Positions 10,237 through 20,214 of a stretch of DNA of 64,000 bases are shown here, in pieces. The translations under genes and the position numbers were made by a program. This DNA comes from a virus: IMG/VR virus record IMGVR_UViG_3300037119_005106, positions 16,500 through 80,499 of that record, one strand, 5' to 3'. Position 1 is the first letter of the stretch, and each line of letters opens with the position of its first letter. The notes under the pieces were generated by a model. That model worked only from the letters and a program-made list of their open reading frames with translations. It was not told where the DNA came from and searched no databases.

Positions 10237-12309
10237 TTAAACTTTTTTTCCTATGAATAATATTTTCAAACCTGCTCCAGCAACTCCACTACCTATTTGA
10301 GTTACACTTACTATAATCTCTGAATCATTTGCTAAATTAACATCAGAGATTACAGCCGGAACCGCTGCCGTAACACTTGTTTTCTCTGTAGCATCAATGC
10401 TTAGCAATGTACTAAATATTGACACACCATTTTCTTTTACATTAACAATTAAACTAGATACTGTTGGAGCTGTATTAAGACTTGTTCTTACCTCAGATAA
10501 AGTCATAGCAAATGGAACTCTAAATGTTATTACATCACCTACCATTAAAGGAGAAAACTCATCGCTACACGCATAAGCAATCTCTGTTTTTGAAAGAGGA
10601 TCGCTAGTTGATAAATTACCTGATGAATCGGCTACAACAACTCTACTGCCAGTTCCAGCAAGATTAGGAACATTAAGACTTCCGTCTTTATTTACTTTTA
10701 CTTTTATAGAAATAGTACCGTCAGAATTTCTAGTTGCAAAATTCATTGAAACAGCATTGGTATTGGTTCTTTCGTCAGGCGTATCAATATAAGCAACTTC
10801 AACACTATTGGAAGCGAACCAAGACAATCTTCTGCTTTTTGGTGATGCAGTTGTGCCATCACTATCAACCATTATTCCTAATACAGAACCAAGACTACGT
10901 ATTAAAAACTTAGACAAATTAAATATATTGGTACCAATAGAGATTCCGCCATATCTAAAAATATGGTTTGTTTTATTATTTCCCGCATCTACTTCCGGTC
11001 CAGCCAAAAGAAAATTTGATATTTCAGAAGTAATTACTTCAGGTTCATAAAGACTAGTAGAAGAATTATAAACCCAAGTTGAATTATTATTACCTATATA
11101 TAAATTTTGACTATCTAATCTTAATGAATCATCATTTACAGTAGGAGGATTATTTAAATCAAATATTGTTGCTGAAAGAGAGTTTGGATTTGTGAAATTG
11201 AAAAAAACATTTTTAGCATATGTTTTTGGTATCTTATCCAATTCTTCCTCTAGACCTTCTATATCTGAAATAGTATTTCTTAGAATACCAACGAAACATA
11301 AAAAATAACTATTCCAAGCCGTTTGTCTTGCTTTGAAATGAGCTATTTCTTTATACTTCATAACAAGATCTTTCCCTTCAGTAAAAGCAAATTTATACGC
11401 TCCACCAGAAAAAGGAGAACTATAATCATATATTGTAAAAGGAGCACCAGTATAGTTGAAAACATAAAAATCTTTCCATTCATACATTTCATCCAAACCT
11501 TCGTCAATAATATTTACCCCTCCTAAACTTGTTGCCCCTCCAGCTATTTGGATTAAAGATTTTTCGGTAGGAATATCAACAAAAGGAACATGTCCATAAC
11601 TAACAGGAAAATCAAAAATAATTCCACCTTTTGAAGTTTTAGTTATATAATTGTCACCAATTATAGGCATAATAGGTTCACTAATACCGGTATCTGTTAC
11701 TTTTACCCAAGTAGCATAAATTCCACCATTAGGAAGAACAGGAGCAAATGGTTCTCCTAAAGATTCTTCGCCAGATATCATATCAAAACTATTGCTTACA
11801 TTAGGAACAAAATAAACAAGTCTTGAGTAATCGGTTGATGACAAAGGAATAGTTATAGTTTCTTCAACAGGATTGCTATAAGGTATATTTGCTATTATCC
11901 ATTTCCATTCCGGATTAAAAACAATATCGTTACCCGTAACATAAGCTCCAGTAGCTTCTGTTATTTCATTGATAGTACTAAATAAATCCTTAGCTTCAGT
12001 AAGCTTGTAAAAATTATATTCTTTACCAGAGTAATTAACATCATCAACAATCCATCGAAGAGGATAAGTAAAATTCTGAGCAACAAGACCTACCTCTGCA
12101 ACAGTTCCTACTCTCCATTCCCATTTAGTATCTTCTTCTCTACAATGAACAATAAGTTTGTCATAATATGTAAAAGCTAGATTGTCATTAAGCCCTAAAC
12201 TAGACAAAATACTTTCCGAAGGACTATACTTTATGTAATCTAATGGTATTTGTGCCGGAACAGATAAGCCGGTTTGTATATCAGTTTTATTAGGATTGCT
12301 GCTAGACAT
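10237..12309 (-). CDS. Tail fibre protein
   Basis: 690 aa, beta-rich; LAGTGSRVVVADSSGNL fibre linker; C-terminal FRVPFAMTLSEVR...TQIGSGVAGAGLKI module. Confidence 0.7.
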   Translation of the reverse strand: MSSSNPNKTDIQTGLSVPAQIPLDYIKYSPSESILSSLGLNDNLAFTYYDKLIVHCREEDTKWEWRVGTVAEVGLVAQNFTYPLRWIVDDVNYSGKEYNFYKLTEAKDLFSTINEITEATGAYVTGNDIVFNPEWKWIIANIPYSNPVEETITIPLSSTDYSRLVYFVPNVSNSFDMISGEESLGEPFAPVLPNGGIYATWVKVTDTGISEPIMPIIGDNYITKTSKGGIIFDFPVSYGHVPFVDIPTEKSLIQIAGGATSLGGVNIIDEGLDEMYEWKDFYVFNYTGAPFTIYDYSSPFSGGAYKFAFTEGKDLVMKYKEIAHFKARQTAWNSYFLCFVGILRNTISDIEGLEEELDKIPKTYAKNVFFNFTNPNSLSATIFDLNNPPTVNDDSLRLDSQNLYIGNNNSTWVYNSSTSLYEPEVITSEISNFLLAGPEVDAGNNKTNHIFRYGGISIGTNIFNLSKFLIRSLGSVLGIMVDSDGTTASPKSRRLSWFASNSVEVAYIDTPDERTNTNAVSMNFATRNSDGTISIKVKVNKDGSLNVPNLAGTGSRVVVADSSGNLSTSDPLSKTEIAYACSDEFSPLMVGDVITFRVPFAMTLSEVRTSLNTAPTVSSLIVNVKENGVSIFSTLLSIDATEKTSVTAAVPAVISDVNLANDSEIIVSVTQIGSGVAGAGLKILFIGKKV

Positions 12310-12320
12310 ATCAGTTTTTG

Positions 12321-12575
12321 TTATTGATTAAATAAGAATAATGCTGCTGCTTTGTTTAAATAATCTTTAAGGTCTGTAGAGCCCAGTTTATCAGATATTT
12401 CAGAATACAAAATAAAAAGAGTAGGCTCACCATGTATTTTCACATGAAGAACATTACCTCTTAATAAAACATTTGTCAATTGATTTATCATATAAAATTC
12501 TGGAGTTCCTGTACCATCAACAACTTCAATCATTGTTGCTTTCCCTACTTTGGTAATATTTATTACTCTACTCAT
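12321..12575 (-). CDS. Small tail-module protein
   Basis: Translationally coupled within the tail operon. Confidence 0.45.
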   Translation of the reverse strand: MSRVINITKVGKATMIEVVDGTGTPEFYMINQLTNVLLRGNVLHVKIHGEPTLFILYSEISDKLGSTDLKDYLNKAAALFLFNQ

Positions 12576-13540
12576 GGCGTTGGTGTTATTGGAATTATTA
12601 ATATAAGTTGATTCAATAATGGATTGACATTTAATGGATCCCCATCAACATCATTAAGCGTAATCGTAATACTATTTTCAACAACCGTATCTGTATCTTT
12701 TACTATTCGAACATAATAAACAGTTTCTCCATTATCATCAAGAAAAAAGTCAATTACAAAAAGACCAGAAGTATTAATTATTCCTTCCGGATAATCTCTT
12801 TCGGTTATACCAACAATATCCAAAGGATTAATTCCTATTGTTGGATAAAGAGTAGTATCTATTCCTATTTGATATGAAGCACCTACAATACTGTTTTGTA
12901 TTTTAAATGAATAGTTAGTTGTTTCTACCAAAGTTGTTGGATCCTGTTCCGAACTTGGTCCTGAAACTAATACCAATTCAGCACCATTCAAAGAAGAAGT
13001 ATTCACTGTAATCGTATTGGTTTGTCCATGATTTCCAAGTATGCTTTCAGTATCCCAAGTGAATACAGCATAATCATCCATGTTGCCAGGATTATCAGCA
13101 ATGAATTTCAAATTATTCACAAGGTCATAATAGAATATGGTTTGGCCAACAAAAACAATATTACCATTTAAAGTCCAAGAACCTCTGCCTTCAATATTCG
13201 TTATTGTAATTCTATCATAATGCGCTTCCGGAGCAACAATATCACTAAAGAAAAAAGAATCCGTAAAATGAATATCTTGAACAATTGTTAATATCGGCGG
13301 AACTCCTGTTTTATTGGTAGCAAAAGAAACCCGAACAGTTCCGGTATTTACAGAAACCTTACCATCTTTTGTTACTTTATATTTGAAAGAATCAAATGGT
13401 TCTCCTAGGAACGGAGTTGCATTATGAAGAACCGTTGCCGACTCTAAAGCGATATCATATTGCGTTCCAACAACAACCTCAATGCCTGATACGGTCATTA
13501 AGGTTCTAATTGGTTTTTCTGTTATCTCAAAAGTTGTCAT
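12572..13540 (-). CDS. Tail structural protein (Ig/cadherin-like beta domains)
   Basis: Thr/Val/Ile-rich beta composition, DSFKYKV motif, tail operon position. Confidence 0.5.
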   Translation of the reverse strand: MTTFEITEKPIRTLMTVSGIEVVVGTQYDIALESATVLHNATPFLGEPFDSFKYKVTKDGKVSVNTGTVRVSFATNKTGVPPILTIVQDIHFTDSFFFSDIVAPEAHYDRITITNIEGRGSWTLNGNIVFVGQTIFYYDLVNNLKFIADNPGNMDDYAVFTWDTESILGNHGQTNTITVNTSSLNGAELVLVSGPSSEQDPTTLVETTNYSFKIQNSIVGASYQIGIDTTLYPTIGINPLDIVGITERDYPEGIINTSGLFVIDFFLDDNGETVYYVRIVKDTDTVVENSITITLNDVDGDPLNVNPLLNQLILIIPITPTP

Positions 13541-13542
13541 GA

Positions 13543-14547
13543 TTACGGTGTTTCTATTTTAGTATTTAAAGTAGAATAGGTATATACGTTTTTAGATACA
13601 TATAATTTCGTTCTAGTAGCAGCATCATAATTTACATCAAAAGCATTAGTGATATTACTCTCAAAAGTATCTCTCAAAATATAATTAATATCTTCAGTAT
13701 TTCTTATACAGAAACATATTCTACCGATAAAAGTATAAACAACATCCTCTCCATCAGCAAATATTCTCAACGGAACATTTTGTTTGGCATCTAGGTAAGT
13801 ATTATTGATCAATGGAATTACATCATTGATATCATCCGTTAAACTATTTAATTGCCAGTAAGCAAGTGATGCATCTACAATTGCAGAACCTTCACAAACT
13901 ACATCTTCATACTCCGCACAATAATCATAAGAATGAACTGTTTGATCAATCAATAATCTTCTGTCCGTATAAGATAACTGTCCAAGAGCATTCCACTGTT
14001 CTAACGTTGGGAAAGCATCATCACCGCGAGCTTCTAACAGAGCATTGATAAAACTTTGCTCATAGTTTTTATTAGCATTCATATTTCCTATTCCTAAGAA
14101 AATCTTAGAAGAATACAATTTCCAAACAATAAAAGCAACAACAGCTTCTTCATGATTTCGGGTTACCATCGGATAACCTTGCTCATCTGTTCTTATTCCC
14201 CAATATAAAACAACGATATCTTTAGTTTGCTTTTCTTTGAATCGAATCCCCTCAGCAGTTGGTGTATATTTAAACTCCGGAACAATACAGCAATTTACTC
14301 CAACACCTTCCAATTCTATAAAATCTTCAGGGAATTTAAAAAACTTTCCAAAGTTGCAATCGCCTGTAGAACCGACAACAATATATGTTTTTTTCTTTAA
14401 CTCAACCGAACCACCATATCCTATTTCTCTCTCTCCGCGAAACATAAGTCTACGTAACTTTTCGTAAAAAGGCCTTAGATTCTCAAGACCAGTTTCATCT
14501 TTTACAGACTGAACAATTTCTTCAAAAGGTACTATTCCTGATATCAT
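13543..14547 (-). CDS. Tail tubular/ring protein (crAss Ttub-like)
   Basis: PEDFIEL, YWGIRTDEQGYP and AVVAFIVWK motifs; crAss synteny. Confidence 0.7.
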   Translation of the reverse strand: MISGIVPFEEIVQSVKDETGLENLRPFYEKLRRLMFRGEREIGYGGSVELKKKTYIVVGSTGDCNFGKFFKFPEDFIELEGVGVNCCIVPEFKYTPTAEGIRFKEKQTKDIVVLYWGIRTDEQGYPMVTRNHEEAVVAFIVWKLYSSKIFLGIGNMNANKNYEQSFINALLEARGDDAFPTLEQWNALGQLSYTDRRLLIDQTVHSYDYCAEYEDVVCEGSAIVDASLAYWQLNSLTDDINDVIPLINNTYLDAKQNVPLRIFADGEDVVYTFIGRICFCIRNTEDINYILRDTFESNITNAFDVNYDAATRTKLYVSKNVYTYSTLNTKIETP

Positions 14548-15056
14548 GGTATGAAGTTATTTTTATGGATTCTTTGCTCTTCGATAGCATCTTCAAAATT
14601 AACAATTAAATTAACATCAAAATTGTTTTTATATATTTTTTCTATCTTAGGTAAAATATTAGTAGAACCAGTAAGCTTCTTTAATTTACAACAAAGGAAA
14701 AACAATTCAGAAGGCCTTTGGTACCACATAAAACCAATAGAAGCATTCACTACTTTTTTGACTCCTTTATTCATAATAACTCTTGGACGATATTTTACTT
14801 TAGTCAAAGAACCTGTATAAAGGAAATAGGATGGTCCATCTAAAAAATATATCTCTTTAAAGTAAATATCAAAGTATTCTTTTAATATTTTTCCGTAAAG
14901 AGATATACTGACTTTTTTAGGTGTTACACCTTTCTTCTCTCCAAGCATTTTAGGAGGGTATTTATTAGGGAACATAGAGTAGAAGTAATTTAATCCAAAA
15001 ACTTCCTTAAACTTAGTTCTGTTGGTTTTGGGTTGGCTTGGCGCTGCTTTCGTCAT
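14544..15056 (-). CDS. crAss IHF-like basic protein of the structural block
   Basis: Basic, HU/IHF-like pattern (YGKILKEYF...TGSL); sits between ring genes. Confidence 0.55.
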   Translation of the reverse strand: MTKAAPSQPKTNRTKFKEVFGLNYFYSMFPNKYPPKMLGEKKGVTPKKVSISLYGKILKEYFDIYFKEIYFLDGPSYFLYTGSLTKVKYRPRVIMNKGVKKVVNASIGFMWYQRPSELFFLCCKLKKLTGSTNILPKIEKIYKNNFDVNLIVNFEDAIEEQRIHKNNFIP

Positions 15057-15726
15057 TTGAATCAGTTACTTTATCTTGTCGCACATTTAAAATCACATTG
15101 TATTCTTTGGCTAGAATTTTGGTAGTTATTTCCTCAACCAAATCCGAAGGACAAGGATATGGATCCTTAGTCCAATCATAATCCTCAGCTTCATCAGGAT
15201 TATCCAAAACACCATAAACATCAATATTTATGAACTCATTTTCATTCTCATAAATCTGATCTTCAAGTTCATCAATTATAACATTACTCTTTGGTCTTTT
15301 CTTTCCATCAACAACTTTATATTCTCCAGTGTAAATAAGGGCATTGTTGCCACTCATTTTAGCTTTGGGAAGATTACCATTCATTATGCTTTTCATTGAC
15401 AAATGGAATTCTTCTGAATTTAATACCGGAATACTTTCTCCAGAAATCTCAAAGTAAAAACCTGAGCGATTGTTTAACTGAATGAATTTTGGAAGCTTTC
15501 TTTCAAACTTTCTATTACTCAATTTAACAAATGGAAGAGAACCTAAGAACTGAAAACATTCATCACTAATTATTTGCCCGGACATAGAATACTTTCCAAT
15601 AGCAGCAGCTCTATACTTTTGCAAGAAAGCACGAATAACTCTTTCATCTATTTTAGAATCATCAGTTAGGTTTCCTTTCTGAACCGTTTCAATAATCGAA
15701 TAAACTATTTTTTCTTCAGTTTCCAT
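15013..15726 (-). CDS. Head-tail ring protein (crAss gene-73-like)
   Basis: DDSKIDER and VYGVLDNP...PYPCP motifs; synteny. Confidence 0.65.
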   Translation of the reverse strand: METEEKIVYSIIETVQKGNLTDDSKIDERVIRAFLQKYRAAAIGKYSMSGQIISDECFQFLGSLPFVKLSNRKFERKLPKFIQLNNRSGFYFEISGESIPVLNSEEFHLSMKSIMNGNLPKAKMSGNNALIYTGEYKVVDGKKRPKSNVIIDELEDQIYENENEFINIDVYGVLDNPDEAEDYDWTKDPYPCPSDLVEEITTKILAKEYNVILNVRQDKVTDSNDESSAKPTQNQQN

Positions 15727-16373
15727 TATTTGTTTCTATAAGTTTGATTAAGTTTAAAATCTGCCATTGCGCTAGGTTCACCAGTTTTCTGTCTTAAAGA
15801 ATTGGCTGTTTCTGCAAACAAGTATTCGCAAACCGCATCTGGAAGATTTACTATTGGATTGGTAGATACCGAGCCAAAGGTAGGTTGCTTTACGTATATC
15901 AGGATAAGCTTTGATGGTTGTACTGTAGAATTTAAAGCAAGTCCTGTATGCACATTAAAATAATTAGAGAACTGTTGAATCAATGGATACATTCTCTCAG
16001 GTTTTTTAAATGGACTCGTCATATTGGTATTATGCTCCCCATGACGTTCTATTGTTGGTTTTCTAGCCTTTATACCATCATTATACAAAACGTTTATTGT
16101 GAGCTTTGTGTGATAGTCATTCGGCAAGGTAGCCATCTTCTCAACAGCACTATCAGGATTATTTACAAACGGAATAAGAACCGAAGCCAAGAGAGGTCTA
16201 ATATCATCAGTTATCTCTTGATTCAATTCAGCTTCTTTAGCACGCGCTCCTACGAAACTTAACGTTTCTTTCTTGAAAGCTTTAAGAACTTGAGGAAGGG
16301 TAAAGTAGTCTGAACCTAATTTATCCGCTTCCTCTAGTACTCTATTATAGCCCTCCGTTACGGTATATGGCAT
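15726..16373 (-). CDS. Head-tail ring/adaptor protein (crAss gene-74-like)
   Basis: ITDDIRPL, LPNDY, YVKQP and NLPDAV motifs; synteny. Confidence 0.65.
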   Translation of the reverse strand: MPYTVTEGYNRVLEEADKLGSDYFTLPQVLKAFKKETLSFVGARAKEAELNQEITDDIRPLLASVLIPFVNNPDSAVEKMATLPNDYHTKLTINVLYNDGIKARKPTIERHGEHNTNMTSPFKKPERMYPLIQQFSNYFNVHTGLALNSTVQPSKLILIYVKQPTFGSVSTNPIVNLPDAVCEYLFAETANSLRQKTGEPSAMADFKLNQTYRNK

Positions 16374-16382
16374 AATGATTTT

Positions 16383-17270
16383 TTATTTAAAAGTGAATCC
16401 GTCAGCTTTTAGCCTTGGATATAATTCACCTACCATTTCGGTGTAAATCTCCAAGTTAGTTTTCAACCAATTGATTACACTATCTTCATTACTTCCGATA
16501 GGTACATTGTTGAATTTATAAATACCATTGGCTTCACGAATGATATCATAACGCAACATTTCTTTGAACTCATAAGAGTATTTCAAGTTGTCGATATCAT
16601 CGAATACTTTGCCAATAAGAGAAGCATTTAACTCGCCACCAGCACTTGTACCTCTAGCAAAGTTTTTAATCTTCTGACGAAGTAATTTCTTCTCAGTGGT
16701 TTTGTTCTTAATCCAACGAATGTCAAAATATGGCAAATTGAAGTGAGCTAATAAATATCTCAATCTTTCCAATGATACGCCAGTTTTTGGATTATCATCT
16801 GACAACTTACCAATGATAACATCGATAGTATCTTGATTATCGATTTCAGACAACTCTTGTCTATCAACATTCTTCAATGTGATAGTTGGATTAGACATTT
16901 TTTTAATCTTCACAAGGTCGGTTAATTCAATTCCTTGAACACCTACTTCTGGATGAGCAATCAACCAATCAACAATTCTTCTATCCATTGGATTAGAATC
17001 AGGCTGTAATCTCATTGTAGGCTTGTCAATCATATAACCAAGAGTTTCTTGATTATCTAAATCGATAAGCGGAACACGAGTACCTGTCCATGGATGAATA
17101 TAAGTTGTTAATCTTCTACCACCAAATGCTTTTGTTCCTTGAGAGTTTGATAACTCAATCTTCAATTCCCAAACACCTTGCATTTTTTTAGGATCAAGAA
17201 CGACAGCTTTTAAATACTTATCTCTTCCTGATTCTACTTTCTCTTCTTTTAATTCTAACTCGTTTCCCAT
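16383..17270 (-). CDS. Conserved crAss structural-block protein (gene-75-like)
   Basis: Follows the MCP; C-terminal IG.NEDSVINWLK motif. Confidence 0.6.
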   Translation of the reverse strand: MGNELELKEEKVESGRDKYLKAVVLDPKKMQGVWELKIELSNSQGTKAFGGRRLTTYIHPWTGTRVPLIDLDNQETLGYMIDKPTMRLQPDSNPMDRRIVDWLIAHPEVGVQGIELTDLVKIKKMSNPTITLKNVDRQELSEIDNQDTIDVIIGKLSDDNPKTGVSLERLRYLLAHFNLPYFDIRWIKNKTTEKKLLRQKIKNFARGTSAGGELNASLIGKVFDDIDNLKYSYEFKEMLRYDIIREANGIYKFNNVPIGSNEDSVINWLKTNLEIYTEMVGELYPRLKADGFTFK

Positions 17271-17291
17271 TTTATTTGTTTTTTAATTTAT

Positions 17292-17327
17292 AAAAAGTGC
17301 GAGAAACTTAATGAATCTCGCACTTTT
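17292..17327 (-). terminator. Intrinsic terminator after the major capsid gene
   Basis: AAAAGTGCGAGA...TCTCGCACTTTT inverted repeat with U-tract. Confidence 0.8.
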
Positions 17328-17337
17328 AAATTTAATA

Positions 17338-19020
17338 CTAATACAAGAATTTCGCTGCTTGATGCGTTCCTTGAGTAATAGCGTTGCCAGACAATGCTCC
17401 ACCGTTGTATTTGGTAGTCGCTTTGATAATAGCACAACTTCTTACATCATAAAGAATTGGCAACAACTCAGACAATGTATGTACTGAACATCCATCGAAT
17501 CCTGATGATGCAACATCGCCAGCTGATTCTTGGAATGATTCCATACCATTTTCATACTTACGTTTCAACTCTCTTCCTGAACGAGCAAATAACTCAAAGT
17601 TAGATACACCATCAACAGAAGAACAGTTTAACACGTAGATATTACCTGTTCCAGTAACACCACCACTTGTATTGAACAAACCTGGATTGTTGTTCAACTC
17701 ATCTTCAAGGATAACAAATTTGTTTCCAAGATAGTTGTAAGTAGTGATTTCAAATCCAATTTCATTTTCTTTACCTGTAGAGATATCGACAATGTTTGAA
17801 TTCATAGTTCCTGCAGCAGAGTTTGCAGCATGGTTACCAAAACCAATCAATTTCTTGAAAGCTGCATCGATTACAGAACGTCCAATAGTATCTGTAACAC
17901 CTACGAAAGTGTTTCCAGAAGAACCTACAGGAGAACGTTGTCCAAGAATCATCATTAATGACTCTAAAGCCAAATAAGATAATCCAGCATTTGGATCATA
18001 ATCAATAGTCAAGTTTTCTTGAATTTGTGGAATCCAACCATCACCCAACATCGGAGCAGTTAAACCTGACTCTGCTTTAAACCCTGTAAGAGTTAATTTG
18101 TTGGTACCATAGTTTTCAAACCATGAGTGGTCAGTAGCATCCATAGAAATACGAGAATATCTCAATGCAAGTTCGTTTTGCATGTGAAAGATTCTATCGT
18201 TTTTCAAGATTTCATCATACTCCCATAACTTACCATCTGTTTCTGGATTACTAATCCAAGCAATTTTCTGTTTCTTAGCAGAACCAGTCATTGTAACAGT
18301 AGAACGGTGAATTGAAGAATAGTTGATTCTCCATTTGTTACGGTTGTAACGTTGCCATCCTCTAAGAGAACCTTCCCCGAAGTAGTTACCACCTTCTGTC
18401 ATAACTTCTCCAGCAGCCAAATACTCGACTTTGAATAAGTTAGCAGTACCAACAAACTTACCATCAAGAACGTAGTGGCTTCCGTCAACTGAACGTCTTG
18501 GGTGTTGTTGAATGATAAACAAAGAACCCATACCTTGACCTAAAATGATAGAGTCGTTAGGATTGAATTTGTCTCCGTAGATTTCATTGTCCGGATCGTG
18601 CTCAATAGAGATACTTCCAGGAACATCGGTAATTACGGTTGCAGCAGTAATACCATTGGTAAAAGTAACTGTAACTACAGCACCCATATCCGGTTGGCTA
18701 TTACCAGCATCAAACCATGAACCGATTTGCGCTCCACCTTTCGCATACGCAGGAAGCAATAAAGCTCCTTCATACTGAATACGGTAAGCGTTGTCCATTA
18801 ACGTATCTTTAGCAGCGCTCATAACCTTTCCAGATTTTGCACCACCATTAACACGCCCTGAAGCAAACATAAACGAAGTAAACTTCGTATAACGAGCAAA
18901 CAAATCCATAGACTTTCTACGAACTTCAAAGTGTTTGTTCATCTTAGAAGTCAACGAATTGGCTTCTGTGTGGATTTGAGGGTTGAAATTCTCTTTCGTT
19001 CCTCTAATTAAAATTGACAT
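17338..19020 (-). CDS. Major capsid protein
   Basis: 560 aa; follows portal and acidic scaffold; GDGWIPQI motif; high-expression codon bias; followed by a terminator. Confidence 0.85.
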   Translation of the reverse strand: MSILIRGTKENFNPQIHTEANSLTSKMNKHFEVRRKSMDLFARYTKFTSFMFASGRVNGGAKSGKVMSAAKDTLMDNAYRIQYEGALLLPAYAKGGAQIGSWFDAGNSQPDMGAVVTVTFTNGITAATVITDVPGSISIEHDPDNEIYGDKFNPNDSIILGQGMGSLFIIQQHPRRSVDGSHYVLDGKFVGTANLFKVEYLAAGEVMTEGGNYFGEGSLRGWQRYNRNKWRINYSSIHRSTVTMTGSAKKQKIAWISNPETDGKLWEYDEILKNDRIFHMQNELALRYSRISMDATDHSWFENYGTNKLTLTGFKAESGLTAPMLGDGWIPQIQENLTIDYDPNAGLSYLALESLMMILGQRSPVGSSGNTFVGVTDTIGRSVIDAAFKKLIGFGNHAANSAAGTMNSNIVDISTGKENEIGFEITTYNYLGNKFVILEDELNNNPGLFNTSGGVTGTGNIYVLNCSSVDGVSNFELFARSGRELKRKYENGMESFQESAGDVASSGFDGCSVHTLSELLPILYDVRSCAIIKATTKYNGGALSGNAITQGTHQAAKFLY

Positions 19021-19139
19021 AATTTCTCTTGTTTTAAGATTTTTAAAAAATAAATTATTGTACTCAAAACATTGTTGGTTTTTACCGTTGGCTAAAACCT
19101 TCTATGCATAAAAATAACTTCTCTCAATTAGTCCTTGAC

Positions 19140-20171
19140 CTATCTCAAGAAGTTGTTTAAATTATCGTCGGCGCTACCTGATGATGCTGAGCCATTGGCT
19201 TGTGTGACACTTCTACGTCGCTTTTCACCATTACCGGCTAAAGTTTGGAACGCACTTTTAGTGTTGTCACTGTGAGTTGGTCGATTGGCTGTTTTTGAAA
19301 TTTCTTTTTCTAATTCAGCGAATAATGCCAACTTGGCAATCATTTCCTGGCTGTTGTTAACACTCTCGAAAAATTTATTTGTTCTAACGCTTTGATACGC
19401 TTTTTGTATAATTTCTTTGGTAACCGTAACACCCATGAATTCTTGTTGGGTGAATATTTCTGCAAAAGCATCCTGAAGGTCACTTGTATTCTTTTTAGAA
19501 ATAGCATTTTGAGTTTCTATTCTTTTGTTGTCAATCTTATCAATAGAAGATTGTGCTTTCTCTTTGTTTGAATTAAGATTCGCTCTTAGAGTATTTGCAT
19601 AACCATCCAATTGGTTAAGGTCAATCATTCCCTGAAGTTTTTCTTCAATCTCATCCAATACATCCGTATCAGTGATATCTCTTTTCTCGCCTTTAGCTTC
19701 CGAAATTAGTTGCTCTCTGATTAATTCCTCATTAGACAACTGAATGTAACGGTCATACAATCCAACTTTATTGGTAAGTGCTTTGTATTCGTTTTCTTCT
19801 TTCTGAAGATCTGATTCTTCTTCTTGAGATTTAAGACTGTTTTTTAAATCATCAACTGTTTTGAAGTTGGTACCTAACTTTTTGTTAAGAACGGTAAGTT
19901 CTTCTTCTTTGAATTCGGCATCATCTTCTTCTTCGTTTTCATCATCATCTTCCTCATCCGGAAACATTTTATCTTCTTCTTCCTCTTCCTCGTATTCTTC
20001 TTCTTCAAATTCTTCTTCAAAACTTTGAAAAGGTTTGTCGATATTTAAAAGTTCATCTTCATCATCATCGTGATCATCAAGACCATCTTGTAATGTTTGA
20101 AATAAGTTGTCCTCAGTATGCAAAGCATCAGAACCTCTATTTTCTTCGAAATCTTCTTCTTCTCTTGCCAT
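19140..20171 (-). CDS. Scaffolding-like acidic protein (crAss gene-77-like)
   Basis: Very acidic N-terminus and coiled coil, between portal and MCP; TACATTTG promoter at ~20203-20210. Confidence 0.7.
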   Translation of the reverse strand: MAREEEDFEENRGSDALHTEDNLFQTLQDGLDDHDDDEDELLNIDKPFQSFEEEFEEEEYEEEEEEDKMFPDEEDDDENEEEDDAEFKEEELTVLNKKLGTNFKTVDDLKNSLKSQEEESDLQKEENEYKALTNKVGLYDRYIQLSNEELIREQLISEAKGEKRDITDTDVLDEIEEKLQGMIDLNQLDGYANTLRANLNSNKEKAQSSIDKIDNKRIETQNAISKKNTSDLQDAFAEIFTQQEFMGVTVTKEIIQKAYQSVRTNKFFESVNNSQEMIAKLALFAELEKEISKTANRPTHSDNTKSAFQTLAGNGEKRRRSVTQANGSASSGSADDNLNNFLR

Positions 20172-20214
20172 GATATTTTTCCTTTTTAATTATTTATTTT
20201 AACAAATGTAAAAA

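Noticed and set aside
8850-12309. Diversity-generating retroelement or invertible tail-fibre cassette
   Set aside because: No reverse transcriptase, recombinase or TR/VR repeat pair seen in the window.
19900-20080. TTC/TCA trinucleotide-like repeats
   Set aside because: Simply encode the Asp/Glu tract of the scaffold protein.
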